Positions 47,313-57,808 are shown, numbered from the whole stretch's first letter. The stretch is DNA of 59,003 nucleotides, filler included, from 6 parts of 6 records of this genome joined end to end with filler, not necessarily neighbours in it; one strand, 5' to 3'. Program-made: numbers and translations. The notes: generated from the sequence alone by a model not told the origin.

Positions 47313-47633
47313 GCGGACCTTACCCTGCCCACCCTGATGATTATTGACGGCCTTGATTTTGATACCGACCTTTCAGGTATGCTTTCTGATTTAAAACAGC
47401 TTCAACAGGATTTCGGCCTCGGCACCTGGTTTTCCATGAAAAGCCACAGGGACGAACCCCTGAACAAAAACGGATATCCGGTTCAGCTCGAAAATCACGA
47501 CACGCTGTTTGACAAAGCCGTTTTCCTTGTTGCTGAGGAAGATAGAACTCAAGCCATTGTACTCAAAGACGGAGATAGAACGGACCAGAAATTTTTGCTG
47601 GATCCGGCCACGTTGATGCCGTTGGAAGAATAA
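47313..47633 (+). CDS. C-terminal fragment of a hypothetical cytoplasmic protein (possibly RecA-like fold)
   Basis: MIIDGLDF...WFS...LDPATL; frame open to the contig edge. Confidence 0.6.
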   Translation, partial: ADLTLPTLMIIDGLDFDTDLSGMLSDLKQLQQDFGLGTWFSMKSHRDEPLNKNGYPVQLENHDTLFDKAVFLVAEEDRTQAIVLKDGDRTDQKFLLDPATLMPLEE

Positions 47634-47677
47634 ATAAGTTGCATCAATAATCCCGTCTTAACGGATCAAGAACACTT

Positions 47678-47719
47678 AAAGGCCGCAACACCGGTAAAGA
47701 CGGTATTGCGGCCTTTTTT
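47678..47719 (+). terminator. Intrinsic terminator
   Basis: AAAGGCCGCAA...TTGCGGCC-T6. Confidence 0.85.
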
Positions 47720-47749
47720 ATTTTAGGACCTCAATCAAGGATTGAAGCC

Positions 47750-48030
47750 ATGACAAAGGCGGCAATTGATGTACTAACCAAAGGCGACAAGGGCTTTTTC
47801 CTTATGGTGGAAGGCGGCAGGATAGACCATGCGGCCCATGCCAATGATCCCACAGGGGTAATCTGGGATACACTTGCCTTTGATGATGCCGTTAAAACTG
47901 CCTGTGAATTCTATAAAAGCCATAAAAACGAAACCCTGATCGTTGTGGTTGGAGATCATGACACCGGCGGCATGGGACTTGGTATGGACAGTATGGGTTA
48001 CAAACTGAACATGGCGGCACTGACAGCGGC
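47750..48030 (+). pseudogene. Alkaline phosphatase internal fragment
   Basis: GFFLMVEGGRIDHAAHAND...TLIVVVGDHDTGG present, but the N-terminal catalytic Ser region is absent and the ORF runs into unrelated sequence. Confidence 0.8.
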
Positions 48031-48287
48031 CCAAATTTTAGGATTCAATCTATTAGGATATAATTTAGTCCATACATCAGGCCTGTCCCACATTGGATTT
48101 CAATCCCTTAAAATTGAAATTTTAAACACATCGTTTAAGGGGGTGAAAACCCAGGCAACCAACAGTCTTAACGGACAGATTGATCTTGAGAATCTATACC
48201 ATGTCAATGATACCATCATTGCAGGTATTACCATCCACGCAGATAAATAGCGTTTGAACGGTATTTATTCTAATCCATCTTTCTTAA

Positions 48288-50087
48288 TCATAGAAAAACG
48301 AAACAAAGGGCCATAATTATCGTAGGCACCAGTGCATAGATTAGCAGTAGTATGGGGGAAATACCGTTATTGAAGTAATTTTTCAAAAGGGCCTGTCCAG
48401 CCGGATTTGGTGCATTGGCAATTACGGTAAGACCACCGCCGGTGACAGCACCAGCCACCACCGCATATTTCAGGTTGTCGGTGAAACCAGGCACCAGGGT
48501 GCTCAGGTAGGTAATGGCGGCATTGTCGTTGAATGCTGTGAGTACCGTAGCGCTCAACATGAGGGGAAGTTCTCCTAGACTGCCAAGCACCGGAGCAATC
48601 CACCATCCCTGAAGCCCGCCGTGAATAACCAGTCCGCCCAGAAAAAAACCGACCAGCATCGGGGACTTCAGGTTGATATTATTCTGGAATGGCCAGGTAA
48701 CATGACTAAAGCCGATAAAAAAAAGTATTCCGGAAACAAAAATAGCCGGGTAGTGCGCATTGGCAATGGTCCATACCATGAAAGCAACATGTACGGCTAT
48801 AATCCATCCGGGAATATCACCGGAACGGTTGTCCCAGTTCGGATCATTTATTTTTGGTCTTTTATCTCTGGGAAGCAGGCCCGGGACGGAAACACTCATT
48901 TGTTGCATTTTGAGGTCCTCAAATTCCTGCTCAAAGGTCTCCTCCAGCAAAGTGCAATCGGTTTCATCCATCTCACATATTGTCATTGTAGAATCCTTGG
49001 CAGCATCTTTAATTCTCTGAAATTCTTCATGCAAATCGCTTCCGATCCGCTGTTCAGCCATCTTCAGATCTTTTTTGAGGGCATCACTGTGAATATGTTT
49101 TTCCTTGATCTCACTTTTCAGCATGGACAGCTTGAATTTCCTTTCAAGCTTGAAAATTTCTTTTCTGAACACCATAAAAACCAATGCGTTGGAAAGAATA
49201 ATACCAATAACAGCTTTCCATCCAAAGGTGGTGAACATAAAAGGCAGATTCCACTCCCAGGCAGCAGCCACCATAAGGACCGGTGGGGCAGCAAAATGGG
49301 TAAGCGTTCCACCAACGGAAATATTGACAAAAAGAAGGGATATGGTGGCGTATTTAAGCGTTTTACCCGGTTTTAGTTCATAAAATTTGCGGGCAAGCAG
49401 CATGGCCGAAATTGTCATAGCTGCCGGTTCAGTGATAAACGAACCTAAGATCGGGCCCAGGGTCATAATTGTCAACCACCAGGCCGCCAATGTGCCTTTA
49501 AAAATGGCTGCAACACGGCTCATGATTTTTTCTGATAGAATCAAAATGGGACGGGAGGAAGCAAGGGTCATGATGACCACGACGAACATCGGCTCAGTGT
49601 AATTTACACCGTTTATATAGCTGACAAAGGTCTGCCAGTCATAGAAGAGAACAATTGCAGCAGTCAGCACCATGGCCCAAAGGCCAAAGATAACCTCAAC
49701 CTCACCCAAAAAGTGAAAAATCTCTGCACTGAGTTTGGTGGAGTTTTCCGAAGCCTTTCCTGCTTCAATCTCTTTTTGGTGTTCCGCTTTCCACTTATGT
49801 GCATAGTAAAGGAATTTACTGCTGAGAAAGGTGTGTAAAATAGCGGCCAAAAAAATTAAAGAGGCCACCAGGTTAAATGGCGTATGACTGACACGGTGTT
49901 TAAGAATTGCGACTACCCCTTTGATATCGGCATCATGGTAACTGGCAAAACTTGGCGGGAAATTAACAAGCGCACTATGAGAGTCCGCGCCCCCTCCTGC
50001 GTAGGCAAAGGCGGTAGATAATAATATAAAAATAAAAAGGATGATTGCAGATCTCACTTTCATAAATTCCATCACTATCTTTCTCAC
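48288..50087 (-). CDS. Putative Na+/H+ antiporter (DUF1504-type)
   Basis: FLGEVEVIFGLW, GSFITEPAAMT, NISVGGTLTHFAAPP, DNAAITYL, GGGLTVIANAPNPAG. Confidence 0.85.
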   Translation of the reverse strand: MRKIVMEFMKVRSAIILFIFILLSTAFAYAGGGADSHSALVNFPPSFASYHDADIKGVVAILKHRVSHTPFNLVASLIFLAAILHTFLSSKFLYYAHKWKAEHQKEIEAGKASENSTKLSAEIFHFLGEVEVIFGLWAMVLTAAIVLFYDWQTFVSYINGVNYTEPMFVVVIMTLASSRPILILSEKIMSRVAAIFKGTLAAWWLTIMTLGPILGSFITEPAAMTISAMLLARKFYELKPGKTLKYATISLLFVNISVGGTLTHFAAPPVLMVAAAWEWNLPFMFTTFGWKAVIGIILSNALVFMVFRKEIFKLERKFKLSMLKSEIKEKHIHSDALKKDLKMAEQRIGSDLHEEFQRIKDAAKDSTMTICEMDETDCTLLEETFEQEFEDLKMQQMSVSVPGLLPRDKRPKINDPNWDNRSGDIPGWIIAVHVAFMVWTIANAHYPAIFVSGILFFIGFSHVTWPFQNNINLKSPMLVGFFLGGLVIHGGLQGWWIAPVLGSLGELPLMLSATVLTAFNDNAAITYLSTLVPGFTDNLKYAVVAGAVTGGGLTVIANAPNPAGQALLKNYFNNGISPILLLIYALVPTIIMALCFVFL

Positions 50088-50389
50088 TTCAAGGTCCCTT
50101 TATTTGACATTACGTTGTGATTCTTTAGTAAAATAGATATATGTTCTAAATCTCAAAAAAATAATTTATCCCGTTTACCGTGATTTGACAAGAAAGGAAT
50201 ACAGACGCTTTTAAATCGCCTTTTTGCAATAATAAAGAAGCAAGTTGGCCCACGTTAACCGACCTTATCCTAAATTCATGCGTCAGTACTGAATAATGTG
50301 TTGAAGTTTTGCAGGTGAAATGTTAAACGCATGTTCTGAAAGACTTTAAAAACTTATAACCTGTTGTTCCTAACTGTGAGGATTATATT

Positions 50390-52000
50390 ATGGTCAACGC
50401 CTTTGTAAAAAATTTTTTAGGGAATGCTCCCATATGGTACAAACTTGCTATCATAGCGTTCTTAATTATCAACCCCATTCTTCTTGTTGTTTCCGGCCCT
50501 TTTGTCACGGGCTGGGTACTCATTGGGGAATTTATTTTCACCCTGGCCATGGCACTGAAATGCTATCCGTTGCCTTCGGGTGGCCTTCTGGCCATTGAAG
50601 CCATTATCTTGGGCATGGCCAAGCCGGAAACCGTTTACCACGAAGCACTGGCCAATTTTGAGGTTATCCTTCTTTTGATGTTTATGGTTGCAGGCATCTA
50701 CTTCATGAAGGAATTTTTGCAGTTCACCTTCACCCGGATACTTGTACGGGTGCAGTCTAAAATTGTTATTTCTTTGCTTTTCTGTTTTGCCGGCGCGTTT
50801 CTGTCCGCTTTCCTTGATGCGCTAACGGTTACGGCGGTAATCATCGCTGTTGCTTTTAGTTTTTACAATGTATACCACCGTTATGCCTCGGGAAAAGATA
50901 GTACCTGCGAACATGATCTCACCGACGATAAATCATGCCAAGAGGCGAAACGAGATGACCTGGTTCAGTTTCGGGCTTTCCTACGTAACTTGATGATGCA
51001 TGGTGCTATCGGTACCGCTCTGGGTGGTGTCTGTACCATAGTTGGAGAACCCCAGAACCTGCTTATCGGCCACCTTATGGGCTGGCACTTTATTGAGTTT
51101 TTTCTAGAAGTTGCACCGGTCTCCCTCCCCGTCCTCGTCGTCGGACTTTTGACCTGTTATGGACTGGAAAAAAAACACTGGTTCGGCTATGGCGTTGAAA
51201 TGCCCGGCAACATCCGTTCCCACCTACTGGAAACCGCAGTCAAAATGGAAGAAAAACGCGGAAAGAAAGGCCAGGCCAGGCTTGTTATGCAAGCCATTGG
51301 GGGTATCTGGCTGATCCTTGCACTTGCCTTCCATCTTGCCGCTGTCGGTCTGATCGGATTATCTGTTATCATATTCCTGAGCTCTTTTAACGGGGTTACC
51401 GACGAACATCAATTTGGCGATGCGTTTACAGAAGCCCTGCCGTTTACAGCGCTGCTGGTTGTCTTTTTCGCCATTGTTGCTGTTATTCACGAACAACACC
51501 TTTTCCACCCCATCATGCATTTTGTACTCAGTCTTCATGGTCATCTCCAGCTTGGGGCGTACTATATCGCGAACGGTTTATTGTCCATGATTTCCGACAA
51601 TGTCTTTGTTGCCACCGTTTATATTACGGAAACAAAGATGCATTTTGTCCAGATGCTGGGACAGATACCCAATATTGGCATGACCGGACAGGAGCTGATG
51701 GACAAACTTACCAATCCGGAACTTGTTCGGGCCGACGTATTGGCTTCGCTGCCAGGGAACGCTGCCGTAAAAGCACGTGAAATTATGCAGCATTTTGACC
51801 ACCTGGCCGTTGCAATTAATACTGGAACCAACATTCCAAGTGTGGCAACGCCAAATGGTCAGGCTGCTTTCCTTTTCTTGCTGACTTCAGCGCTGGCACC
51901 AGTCATCAGACTGTCCTATGGCCGGATGGTTTACCATGCGCTGCCATACACCATAACCATGTCAATAACAGGTCTTATTGCTTGTTACCTGTTTTTATAA
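50390..52000 (+). CDS. nhaB: Na+/H+ antiporter NhaB
   Basis: [55 protein letters not shown]. Confidence 0.93.
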   Translation: MVNAFVKNFLGNAPIWYKLAIIAFLIINPILLVVSGPFVTGWVLIGEFIFTLAMALKCYPLPSGGLLAIEAIILGMAKPETVYHEALANFEVILLLMFMVAGIYFMKEFLQFTFTRILVRVQSKIVISLLFCFAGAFLSAFLDALTVTAVIIAVAFSFYNVYHRYASGKDSTCEHDLTDDKSCQEAKRDDLVQFRAFLRNLMMHGAIGTALGGVCTIVGEPQNLLIGHLMGWHFIEFFLEVAPVSLPVLVVGLLTCYGLEKKHWFGYGVEMPGNIRSHLLETAVKMEEKRGKKGQARLVMQAIGGIWLILALAFHLAAVGLIGLSVIIFLSSFNGVTDEHQFGDAFTEALPFTALLVVFFAIVAVIHEQHLFHPIMHFVLSLHGHLQLGAYYIANGLLSMISDNVFVATVYITETKMHFVQMLGQIPNIGMTGQELMDKLTNPELVRADVLASLPGNAAVKAREIMQHFDHLAVAINTGTNIPSVATPNGQAAFLFLLTSALAPVIRLSYGRMVYHALPYTITMSITGLIACYLFL

Positions 52001-52025
52001 TACGTATCCGTATTAGATAAAGACA

Positions 52026-52077
52026 AAAAGGTGTGCCCAATGCAGAATATTCTGCATCCCGGCGCACCTTTTTTTTT
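52026..52077 (+). terminator. Intrinsic terminator after nhaB
   Basis: AAAAGGTGTGCC..TGCAGAAT/ATTCTGCA..GGCGCACC-T9. Confidence 0.75.
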
Positions 52078-52159
52078 CTCAAAATACGATTTGATCAGGC
52101 TATTTCCCTGGTCCTATGCTGGTGTATTTAAAAACACGTTAAACTGGAGAAAAGAAAAC

Positions 52160-53293
52160 ATGGAAAAAGCAAAGGTTTATTTTACCGATTTTAGAACCAA
52201 GGCGTTTGGTGACGGACTGCCGACAAAGCTAAAAAAGCTCATCAAAAAGGCGGGGATCGGGGATCTCGATATGAACGGCAATTTTGCCGCCATCAAGCTT
52301 CATTTCGGAGAGCTGGGGAACATCAGTTATCTTCGGCCAAACTATGCCAGAGCCGTAGCAGACGTAGTCAAGGAGTTAGGGGGCAAACCCTTTTTAACAG
52401 ACTGCAATACCATGTATCCGGGTAGCCGAAAAAACGCCCTGGAACACCTGGAGTGCGCCTGGGAAAACGGATTCACCCCCTTGACCGTGGGCTGTCCAAT
52501 CCTCATCGGCGACGGCCTTAAGGGGACCGATGACATCAACGTCCCCCTGACCGGATGCGAATATGTCAAAGAGGCCAAAATCGGACGTGCCGTCATGGAT
52601 GCCGATATCTTCATTAGCCTTACCCATTTTAAAGGACATGAACTGACAGGTTTTGGTGGCGTCATTAAGAACATCGGCATGGGATGCGGTTCCCGGGCGG
52701 GCAAAGCCGAGCAGCACGGCAGCAGCAAGGCTCAAGTTGACCAAGCCCTGTGCAGGGGTTGCCTGGCCTGTCAAAAGGAGTGCGCCAACGACGGGCTTGA
52801 CTTCGATGAAGAGAATGAAAAAATGCTGGTGAACCGGGGCAATTGCGTGGGCTGTGGCCGCTGTCTTGGGGCTTGTAACTTCGACGCCATTTCATTTGAT
52901 TTCAACGCTGCAGTGGAGATGCTGAACCGCCGCATGGCAGAATACACCAAAGCCGTGGTGGACGGACGTCCCTGTTTCCATATTTCCCTGGTGGTGGATG
53001 TCTCCCCAAACTGTGATTGCCACGGGGAAAACGATGTACCTATCCTGCCCAACCTGGGCATGTTCGCCTCCTGTGACCCCTTGGCCCTGGACCAGGCCTG
53101 TGTGGACGCCTGCTTGGCAGCCGATCCCCTGCCCGGCAGCCAACTGGCCGAAAATTTGGCCAAGCATGACTTCCATGTCCACCACGACCATTTTACCAAT
53201 AACCGGCCCGAGTCAGAATGGCAAAGCTGCATGGCCCATGCAGAAAAAATCGGTCTGGGGACCCGGGCGTACGAATTGATTAAGGTTAAATGA
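52160..53293 (+). CDS. DUF362 domain protein with 2x[4Fe-4S] ferredoxin insert
   Basis: IKLHFGE, THFKGHE, KNIGMGC, CRGCLAC / CVGCGRC, SPNCDC. Confidence 0.88.
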   Translation: MEKAKVYFTDFRTKAFGDGLPTKLKKLIKKAGIGDLDMNGNFAAIKLHFGELGNISYLRPNYARAVADVVKELGGKPFLTDCNTMYPGSRKNALEHLECAWENGFTPLTVGCPILIGDGLKGTDDINVPLTGCEYVKEAKIGRAVMDADIFISLTHFKGHELTGFGGVIKNIGMGCGSRAGKAEQHGSSKAQVDQALCRGCLACQKECANDGLDFDEENEKMLVNRGNCVGCGRCLGACNFDAISFDFNAAVEMLNRRMAEYTKAVVDGRPCFHISLVVDVSPNCDCHGENDVPILPNLGMFASCDPLALDQACVDACLAADPLPGSQLAENLAKHDFHVHHDHFTNNRPESEWQSCMAHAEKIGLGTRAYELIKVK

Positions 53294-53408
53294 CCCCGTA
53301 AGCTACACAGGCTTTTTTACAAAGATGACTGTTTATTTGACAGCCTTCATCCGAACCATTATAATTTTTGTATCCTCACAAAAATCCGTAATGGCAAAGG
53401 AGGGTATC

Positions 53409-53597
53409 ATGGTGGAAAAAGAGAAAGAGCGACGAGGCCAAGAAGAAAGACGTTCCGGAATAGATCGTCGCCGACTCAACCCATTGAATTATACAGGAAT
53501 TGAAAAACGGTCTAATCCAGATTGCAGATCTGGTAGCGACCGTAGAAATAACAAGGATAATTGGATAGAATATCAATCTCCTGTTTTGAAAAAATAA
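53409..53597 (+). CDS. Small Arg-rich protein with (E/D)RR / RSGxDRR repeats
   Basis: AAGGAGG RBS; ERRGQEERRSGIDRR ... EKRSNPDCRSGSDRR. Confidence 0.7.
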   Translation: MVEKEKERRGQEERRSGIDRRRLNPLNYTGIEKRSNPDCRSGSDRRNNKDNWIEYQSPVLKK

Positions 53598-53672
53598 GCA
53601 AAGGCTTTCTGTGCTGGGCTGAACCGGGGTATTGATAAGCCAGATCAGCCCGTGGCTGTTATATAAAGATAT

Positions 53673-53837
53673 TTATGGGTTGAGCAATTCAAATCCCGTA
53701 GTTGGATCCAACACACGTACAGCACCAGTATCAATTAATTCAAATAAAATAATCTCTAATATATGCCATGTCCGAACACCGTTTCGGATACATCCGGTTA
53801 TAGTTGAATCTTCTCTTCCACAAGCTATGTGCATGTG
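53673..53837 (-). CDS. PPC/DUF296-like protein C-terminal fragment
   Basis: Hand translation HMHIACGREDSTITGCIRNGVRTWHILEIILFEL...DPTTGFELLNP*. Confidence 0.7.
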   Translation of the reverse strand, partial: HMHIACGREDSTITGCIRNGVRTWHILEIILFELIDTGAVRVLDPTTGFELLNP

Positions 53838-53838
53838 T

Positions 53839-53938
53839 NNNNNNNNNNNNNNNNNNNNNNNNNNNNNNNNNNNNNNNNNNNNTTAATTAATTAANNNNNN
53901 NNNNNNNNNNNNNNNNNNNNNNNNNNNNNNNNNNNNNN
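53839..53938. other. Artificial contig-joining spacer
   Basis: N-run + TTAATTAATTAA + N-run. Confidence 0.98.
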
Positions 53939-54724
53939 ATTTTTAACTGGCGTTTCGATTTTCATAACCTGAATTCAGTAGGAAGTATTTTAAAAGAAGA
54001 CCTGAAAATTCTTCGAAATATTGCAGAATATTATTTTGGAAAAAATCATTTTACAGAAGCAGCAGAGATTTATAATTTTTTGCTATCCAACGAAAAAAGC
54101 GGAGAGCTTTATCAGAAAATAGCTTTTTGTCATCAGAAAACCGGCGATTACCAAAACGCACTCGATGGCTATTTGAAAGCTGAGTTGTATGAAATAAATA
54201 AGTTGTGGAATCACAAGAAAATTGCACTTTGTTATCGAAATTTAAAAGAGCCGGCAAAAGCATTGGAGTATTATCATTTAGCAGAAAAAATAAATGCCGA
54301 CGATTTAAATATTCAGCTTTCAATTGGGCATTCATTGCTCGAACTTGAGCGTTTCGATGAAGCTTTAAAAAGTTATTTCAAAGTGGAATACTTATCGCCC
54401 GGAAATAAAAAAGTATGGCGCCCAATTGGCTGGTGCTCGTTTGTAACAGGGAAAAAAGAACAAGCCGAAAAATACTTCCTAAAACTGATAGAAGATGAGC
54501 CTTCGAAACACGATCTTATGAATATGGGGCATGTTCAATGGAGCCTGGGTAATAGAAAAGCTGCCCTCGAATATTATAAAAAATCGATTTCGGAAGTTGG
54601 CTTTAATGAAAATGAATTTATCGACGTTTTTGAAGAAGACTTGCATCATCTCGTTCAACAGGGTATCAATAAAGAAGACGTTCCAATTATGATCGACCAG
54701 TTGCGCTATTTTATGGAAGAGTAA
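53939..54724 (+). CDS. Tetratricopeptide repeat protein, C-terminal part
   Basis: Repeated A.CY/IG....A..YY TPR units; frame open from the contig edge. Confidence 0.85.
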   Translation: MFNWRFDFHNLNSVGSILKEDLKILRNIAEYYFGKNHFTEAAEIYNFLLSNEKSGELYQKIAFCHQKTGDYQNALDGYLKAELYEINKLWNHKKIALCYRNLKEPAKALEYYHLAEKINADDLNIQLSIGHSLLELERFDEALKSYFKVEYLSPGNKKVWRPIGWCSFVTGKKEQAEKYFLKLIEDEPSKHDLMNMGHVQWSLGNRKAALEYYKKSISEVGFNENEFIDVFEEDLHHLVQQGINKEDVPIMIDQLRYFMEE

Positions 54725-55057
54725 AACTATGCAGCATTTTTTTATTGTTTTTATAAATGCAACCAATACGTGATCGGCCATTTTTTTGTATTGAAAATCT
54801 CAATCAATAAATGGATAAAGCTACGTGAAAAAAATTAACAAAGCAGTTGATTAATTAAGGCATGAAATGTTTAATTATTAGTCTTAATATATTTGTTTAA
54901 TGTTGTTTTTGTATTGCACCAATGTCTGTTTATGTTGTAATAATATTTAAGTTAAATACATGAAAATAAGTACATTATAATGTAAATTTAACATTAGTGT
55001 TTTGGTAATTATTAATTGTTTTTCGTAACTTTTAATAACGAACTTTAAATTACCATT

Positions 55058-55441
55058 ATGAAAACATTTAAAAGGATTTTTGCGCTATGCCTGGTAGTAG
55101 GCAGTTTTGTTGTTTTTTCTGGCTTTGGTACAGGAGATAACAATGCAGCAGTTGTTGACAAAGATTTTGGTTGTTATGTAAATTGGTATATGATTCCTAA
55201 TGACGCAGGTTATATGGAGTCTATATGGACAGAAGAAACAATCATTGTAGCTAACTCCGGTGGAAATGTAATGTTATCATGTCAGTTTCATGATGTACTC
55301 CCTCCAGACGAAATTGTAAAAGCAAGTGGATTTAGTTGTGGTACTCAGTTTGGAAGTACCTATGATACGAAGGCACTTGTGACGACTGCTGGAGAAGGAG
55401 TTTTAAAATGTTTTATTAAAAAACCAAAACTAATCGATTAA
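55058..55441 (+). CDS. Small secreted hypothetical protein with four mature-region cysteines
   Basis: MKTFKR + hydrophobic signal; FGC, LSC, FSC, LKC. Confidence 0.7.
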   Translation: MKTFKRIFALCLVVGSFVVFSGFGTGDNNAAVVDKDFGCYVNWYMIPNDAGYMESIWTEETIIVANSGGNVMLSCQFHDVLPPDEIVKASGFSCGTQFGSTYDTKALVTTAGEGVLKCFIKKPKLID

Positions 55442-55448
55442 GGAATTG

Positions 55449-55485
55449 TTAATGGACAATCAGCCTGATTGTCCATTAATTTTTT
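55449..55485 (+). terminator. Perfect 15-bp inverted repeat followed by a T-run (terminator or operator)
   Basis: TTAATGGACAATCAG-C-CTGATTGTCCATTAA-TTTTTT. Confidence 0.6.
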
Positions 55486-55510
55486 GTTCTACTCAATAAA
55501 ACTAAACTTA

Positions 55511-56731
55511 ATGAAATCTAAAACAGACCGACATTTTATTTTTTATTTGTTGTTATTTTTAGGACTCATAGTTTCTGGTTATCTTTTATTTCATCATTTA
55601 TCAATTGTTTCAGGCAAACAAATATCATCCGATCTATGTACAGTATTATTCTCCCGAGGTTGCAATAATGCACTTTTTAGCAAATATTCAGATTTCTTAA
55701 ATGTTCCAATGGGAGGATGGGGTATAGTTTACCTGATACTTATTGGGTCATATTTTTTTCTTAGTCAACATATTTTTTCAGAAGTAAGGGATTCAATGGT
55801 TCAAACGGCTTTCTGGATATCATTAATTGGTGCTTCCGGGAGTTTGTTTTTTCTAATTATGATGATTGTTATCCCAGCGTTGTTTTGCCCATTTTGTACA
55901 GCATTTCATCTTATTAATTTTATACTGTTCATTTATTTGAAAATTAAAACACAAAAAACGTTCAGGCAATTGTTTAAAGGGCTTATTTCAGGTATTATTT
56001 TTATAATAACGGGGAATCAGCTAAAGTTTAAATTTAAAACAATTTATTGGGTTATTTATTTATTTCCATTATTTGTTGGATTAACAATTTTTCAGTGGGC
56101 AAAAATGGAAAGCATGAAATATACCATTAACAGGTTGGCAGCTTATGATCCTCTACAAGAACTAGTTAATTTCGATGAATTAGAAAATTTTGAAATTGAA
56201 ATTTTTGATGATGATCCAATAATTGGAGTTGAGAATGCACCGGTTGAGATGATTGTTTTTAGTGATTTTCAATGTGAAATGTGTCAAATGTTTGCAACAA
56301 ATTTTAGCGATATCTTAGATTTAAACAAGGGTAAATTGAAAATATGTTACAAATATTTTCCTTTAAACTCTGAATGTAATCCTCTTCTGGAAGAAGGAGG
56401 ACACTCAATGGCATGTTATGCTGCATATGCGGCTGAAGCTGCTAGATTGCAAGATAGGTTTTGGGAATTTCATGATTCAATTTATACATATAATTTAGAT
56501 AATTATGATTATAATTTATTTTTCGAAATTGCTGAAACAATGAATCTGGATATGGAGAAATTCAAAAATGACTATGAATCAGAAGTTTGCAGACAAAATG
56601 TGAAAAGAAATGTTGATCTTGGTGTAGAATTGAACCTGGATGGAACTCCTTCAGTTTTTTTAAATGGACATTTAGTTCGAAATATGAAACCAAAAAATCT
56701 CAATTTTTTAATAAGATATCTTGCTTATTAG
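55511..56731 (+). CDS. VKOR-DsbA (thioredoxin-like) fusion
   Basis: VKOR C..C..S.YS loop and FCPFC; C-terminal FSDFQCEMC, YFPL, GTPSVFLNG. Confidence 0.88.
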   Translation: MKSKTDRHFIFYLLLFLGLIVSGYLLFHHLSIVSGKQISSDLCTVLFSRGCNNALFSKYSDFLNVPMGGWGIVYLILIGSYFFLSQHIFSEVRDSMVQTAFWISLIGASGSLFFLIMMIVIPALFCPFCTAFHLINFILFIYLKIKTQKTFRQLFKGLISGIIFIITGNQLKFKFKTIYWVIYLFPLFVGLTIFQWAKMESMKYTINRLAAYDPLQELVNFDELENFEIEIFDDDPIIGVENAPVEMIVFSDFQCEMCQMFATNFSDILDLNKGKLKICYKYFPLNSECNPLLEEGGHSMACYAAYAAEAARLQDRFWEFHDSIYTYNLDNYDYNLFFEIAETMNLDMEKFKNDYESEVCRQNVKRNVDLGVELNLDGTPSVFLNGHLVRNMKPKNLNFLIRYLAY

Positions 56732-56883
56732 AATATTCAATAAGAATTATTAAATTAAAACTGGCAACTGTTTTTCCTTTAAACATTTATGTAAGCCAAT
56801 TGCACATAAATTATTACTGTTTGTTTAAGAATGGCTAAAAATGTTTTTGTTAAATTGTTTTCAAAGGAGTAATATATTCGTAT

Positions 56884-56915
56884 TTTGAAAATATATGATT
56901 ATTCTATTACATTTG
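56884..56915 (+). promoter_or_regulatory. Bacteroidota housekeeping promoter (-33 TTTG / -7 TAnnTTTG)
   Basis: TTTG-20nt-TACATTTG upstream of the sigma gene. Confidence 0.65.
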
Positions 56916-56932
56916 CCCCACAAAATTGAAAT

Positions 56933-57523
56933 TTGAGCCCAGCTAAAAACATAACAGACGCCGATTTAGTTTTTAAAATTAAAACTGGTGATAAACAAGC
57001 TTTTCAGGGGCTTTATGAAAAATATGCACCTAAAATTTTTCATTTCTCAAAATCGTATTTAAAAAATGAATCCGACAGCGAGGAGTTGGTGCAAGATGTA
57101 TTTTTAAAAGTTTGGGAGAAACGGGAAACGCTTGAAGCTACAAAAAATGTAAAAGCTTATATTTTTAAAATTGCAGTAAATTCAATTTACGATTTTATTC
57201 AGCGTAAAAATATCGAAAACGCGTTTAAAGATTTTGCCAGTTTGAATTATAAAAACCAAAATAACGATACCTGGCATACCGTTATTTATGAAGAAATGAA
57301 AAGTACGCTGAAAACTTTAGTTTCGCAAATGCCCGAACAGCGTCGTAAAATTTTTGAATTAAGCAAAACAAAAGGATTATCAAACGAAGAAATTGCCAGA
57401 AAACTAGGTCTGTCGAAACGAACCGTTGAAAATCAATTATATAGAGCTGTCTCGTTTCTGAAAGAACAACTGCAGAGCAAATCTTATTTGGCGTTACTTT
57501 TCTTTTATATCTGGTATAATTAA
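56933..57523 (+). CDS. ECF sigma-70 factor (Bacteroidota FecI-like)
   Basis: SEELVQDVFLKVWE, GLSNEEIA..LGLSKRTVENQLYRA. Confidence 0.93.
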   Translation: MSPAKNITDADLVFKIKTGDKQAFQGLYEKYAPKIFHFSKSYLKNESDSEELVQDVFLKVWEKRETLEATKNVKAYIFKIAVNSIYDFIQRKNIENAFKDFASLNYKNQNNDTWHTVIYEEMKSTLKTLVSQMPEQRRKIFELSKTKGLSNEEIARKLGLSKRTVENQLYRAVSFLKEQLQSKSYLALLFFYIWYN

Positions 57524-57551
57524 CTCCGGGAATAATTTTTATTTTTTTTAC

Positions 57552-57583
57552 GATGAGTAAATCTTCACCCGTCGTCGTATAAC
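57552..57583 (+). promoter_or_regulatory. Putative ECF promoter copy 1 (GATGAGTA-N16-CGTATWAC)
   Basis: Motif repeated with identical spacing at 57809. Confidence 0.6.
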
Positions 57584-57756
57584 TAATGAAGCATTTTTAG
57601 AATTGAAATTTATGCATTAATTCAATGTTTCTTTTGTTGCTTCGGGTTAATAATTAGTAAATAAATTTATAACAAATTTAAAGTAATACTACGAAAAGCC
57701 AACTGGAAAAATGTGCAAATGTTTTTTCATTTCATAGTTAATTAGTTTTGTTAGTT

Positions 57757-57790
57757 AAAAACCGCTCAATTCAGCAGAGCGGTTTTTTTT
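57757..57790 (+). terminator. Intrinsic terminator between the sigma gene and fecR
   Basis: AAAAACCGCTC-9nt-GAGCGGT-T run. Confidence 0.85.
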
Positions 57791-57808
57791 GTTTTTTTAT
57801 TTGATATT

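Noticed and set aside
53632-53886. + strand ORF running into the gap
   Set aside because: The opposite strand encodes a more convincing PPC/DUF296-like C-terminus
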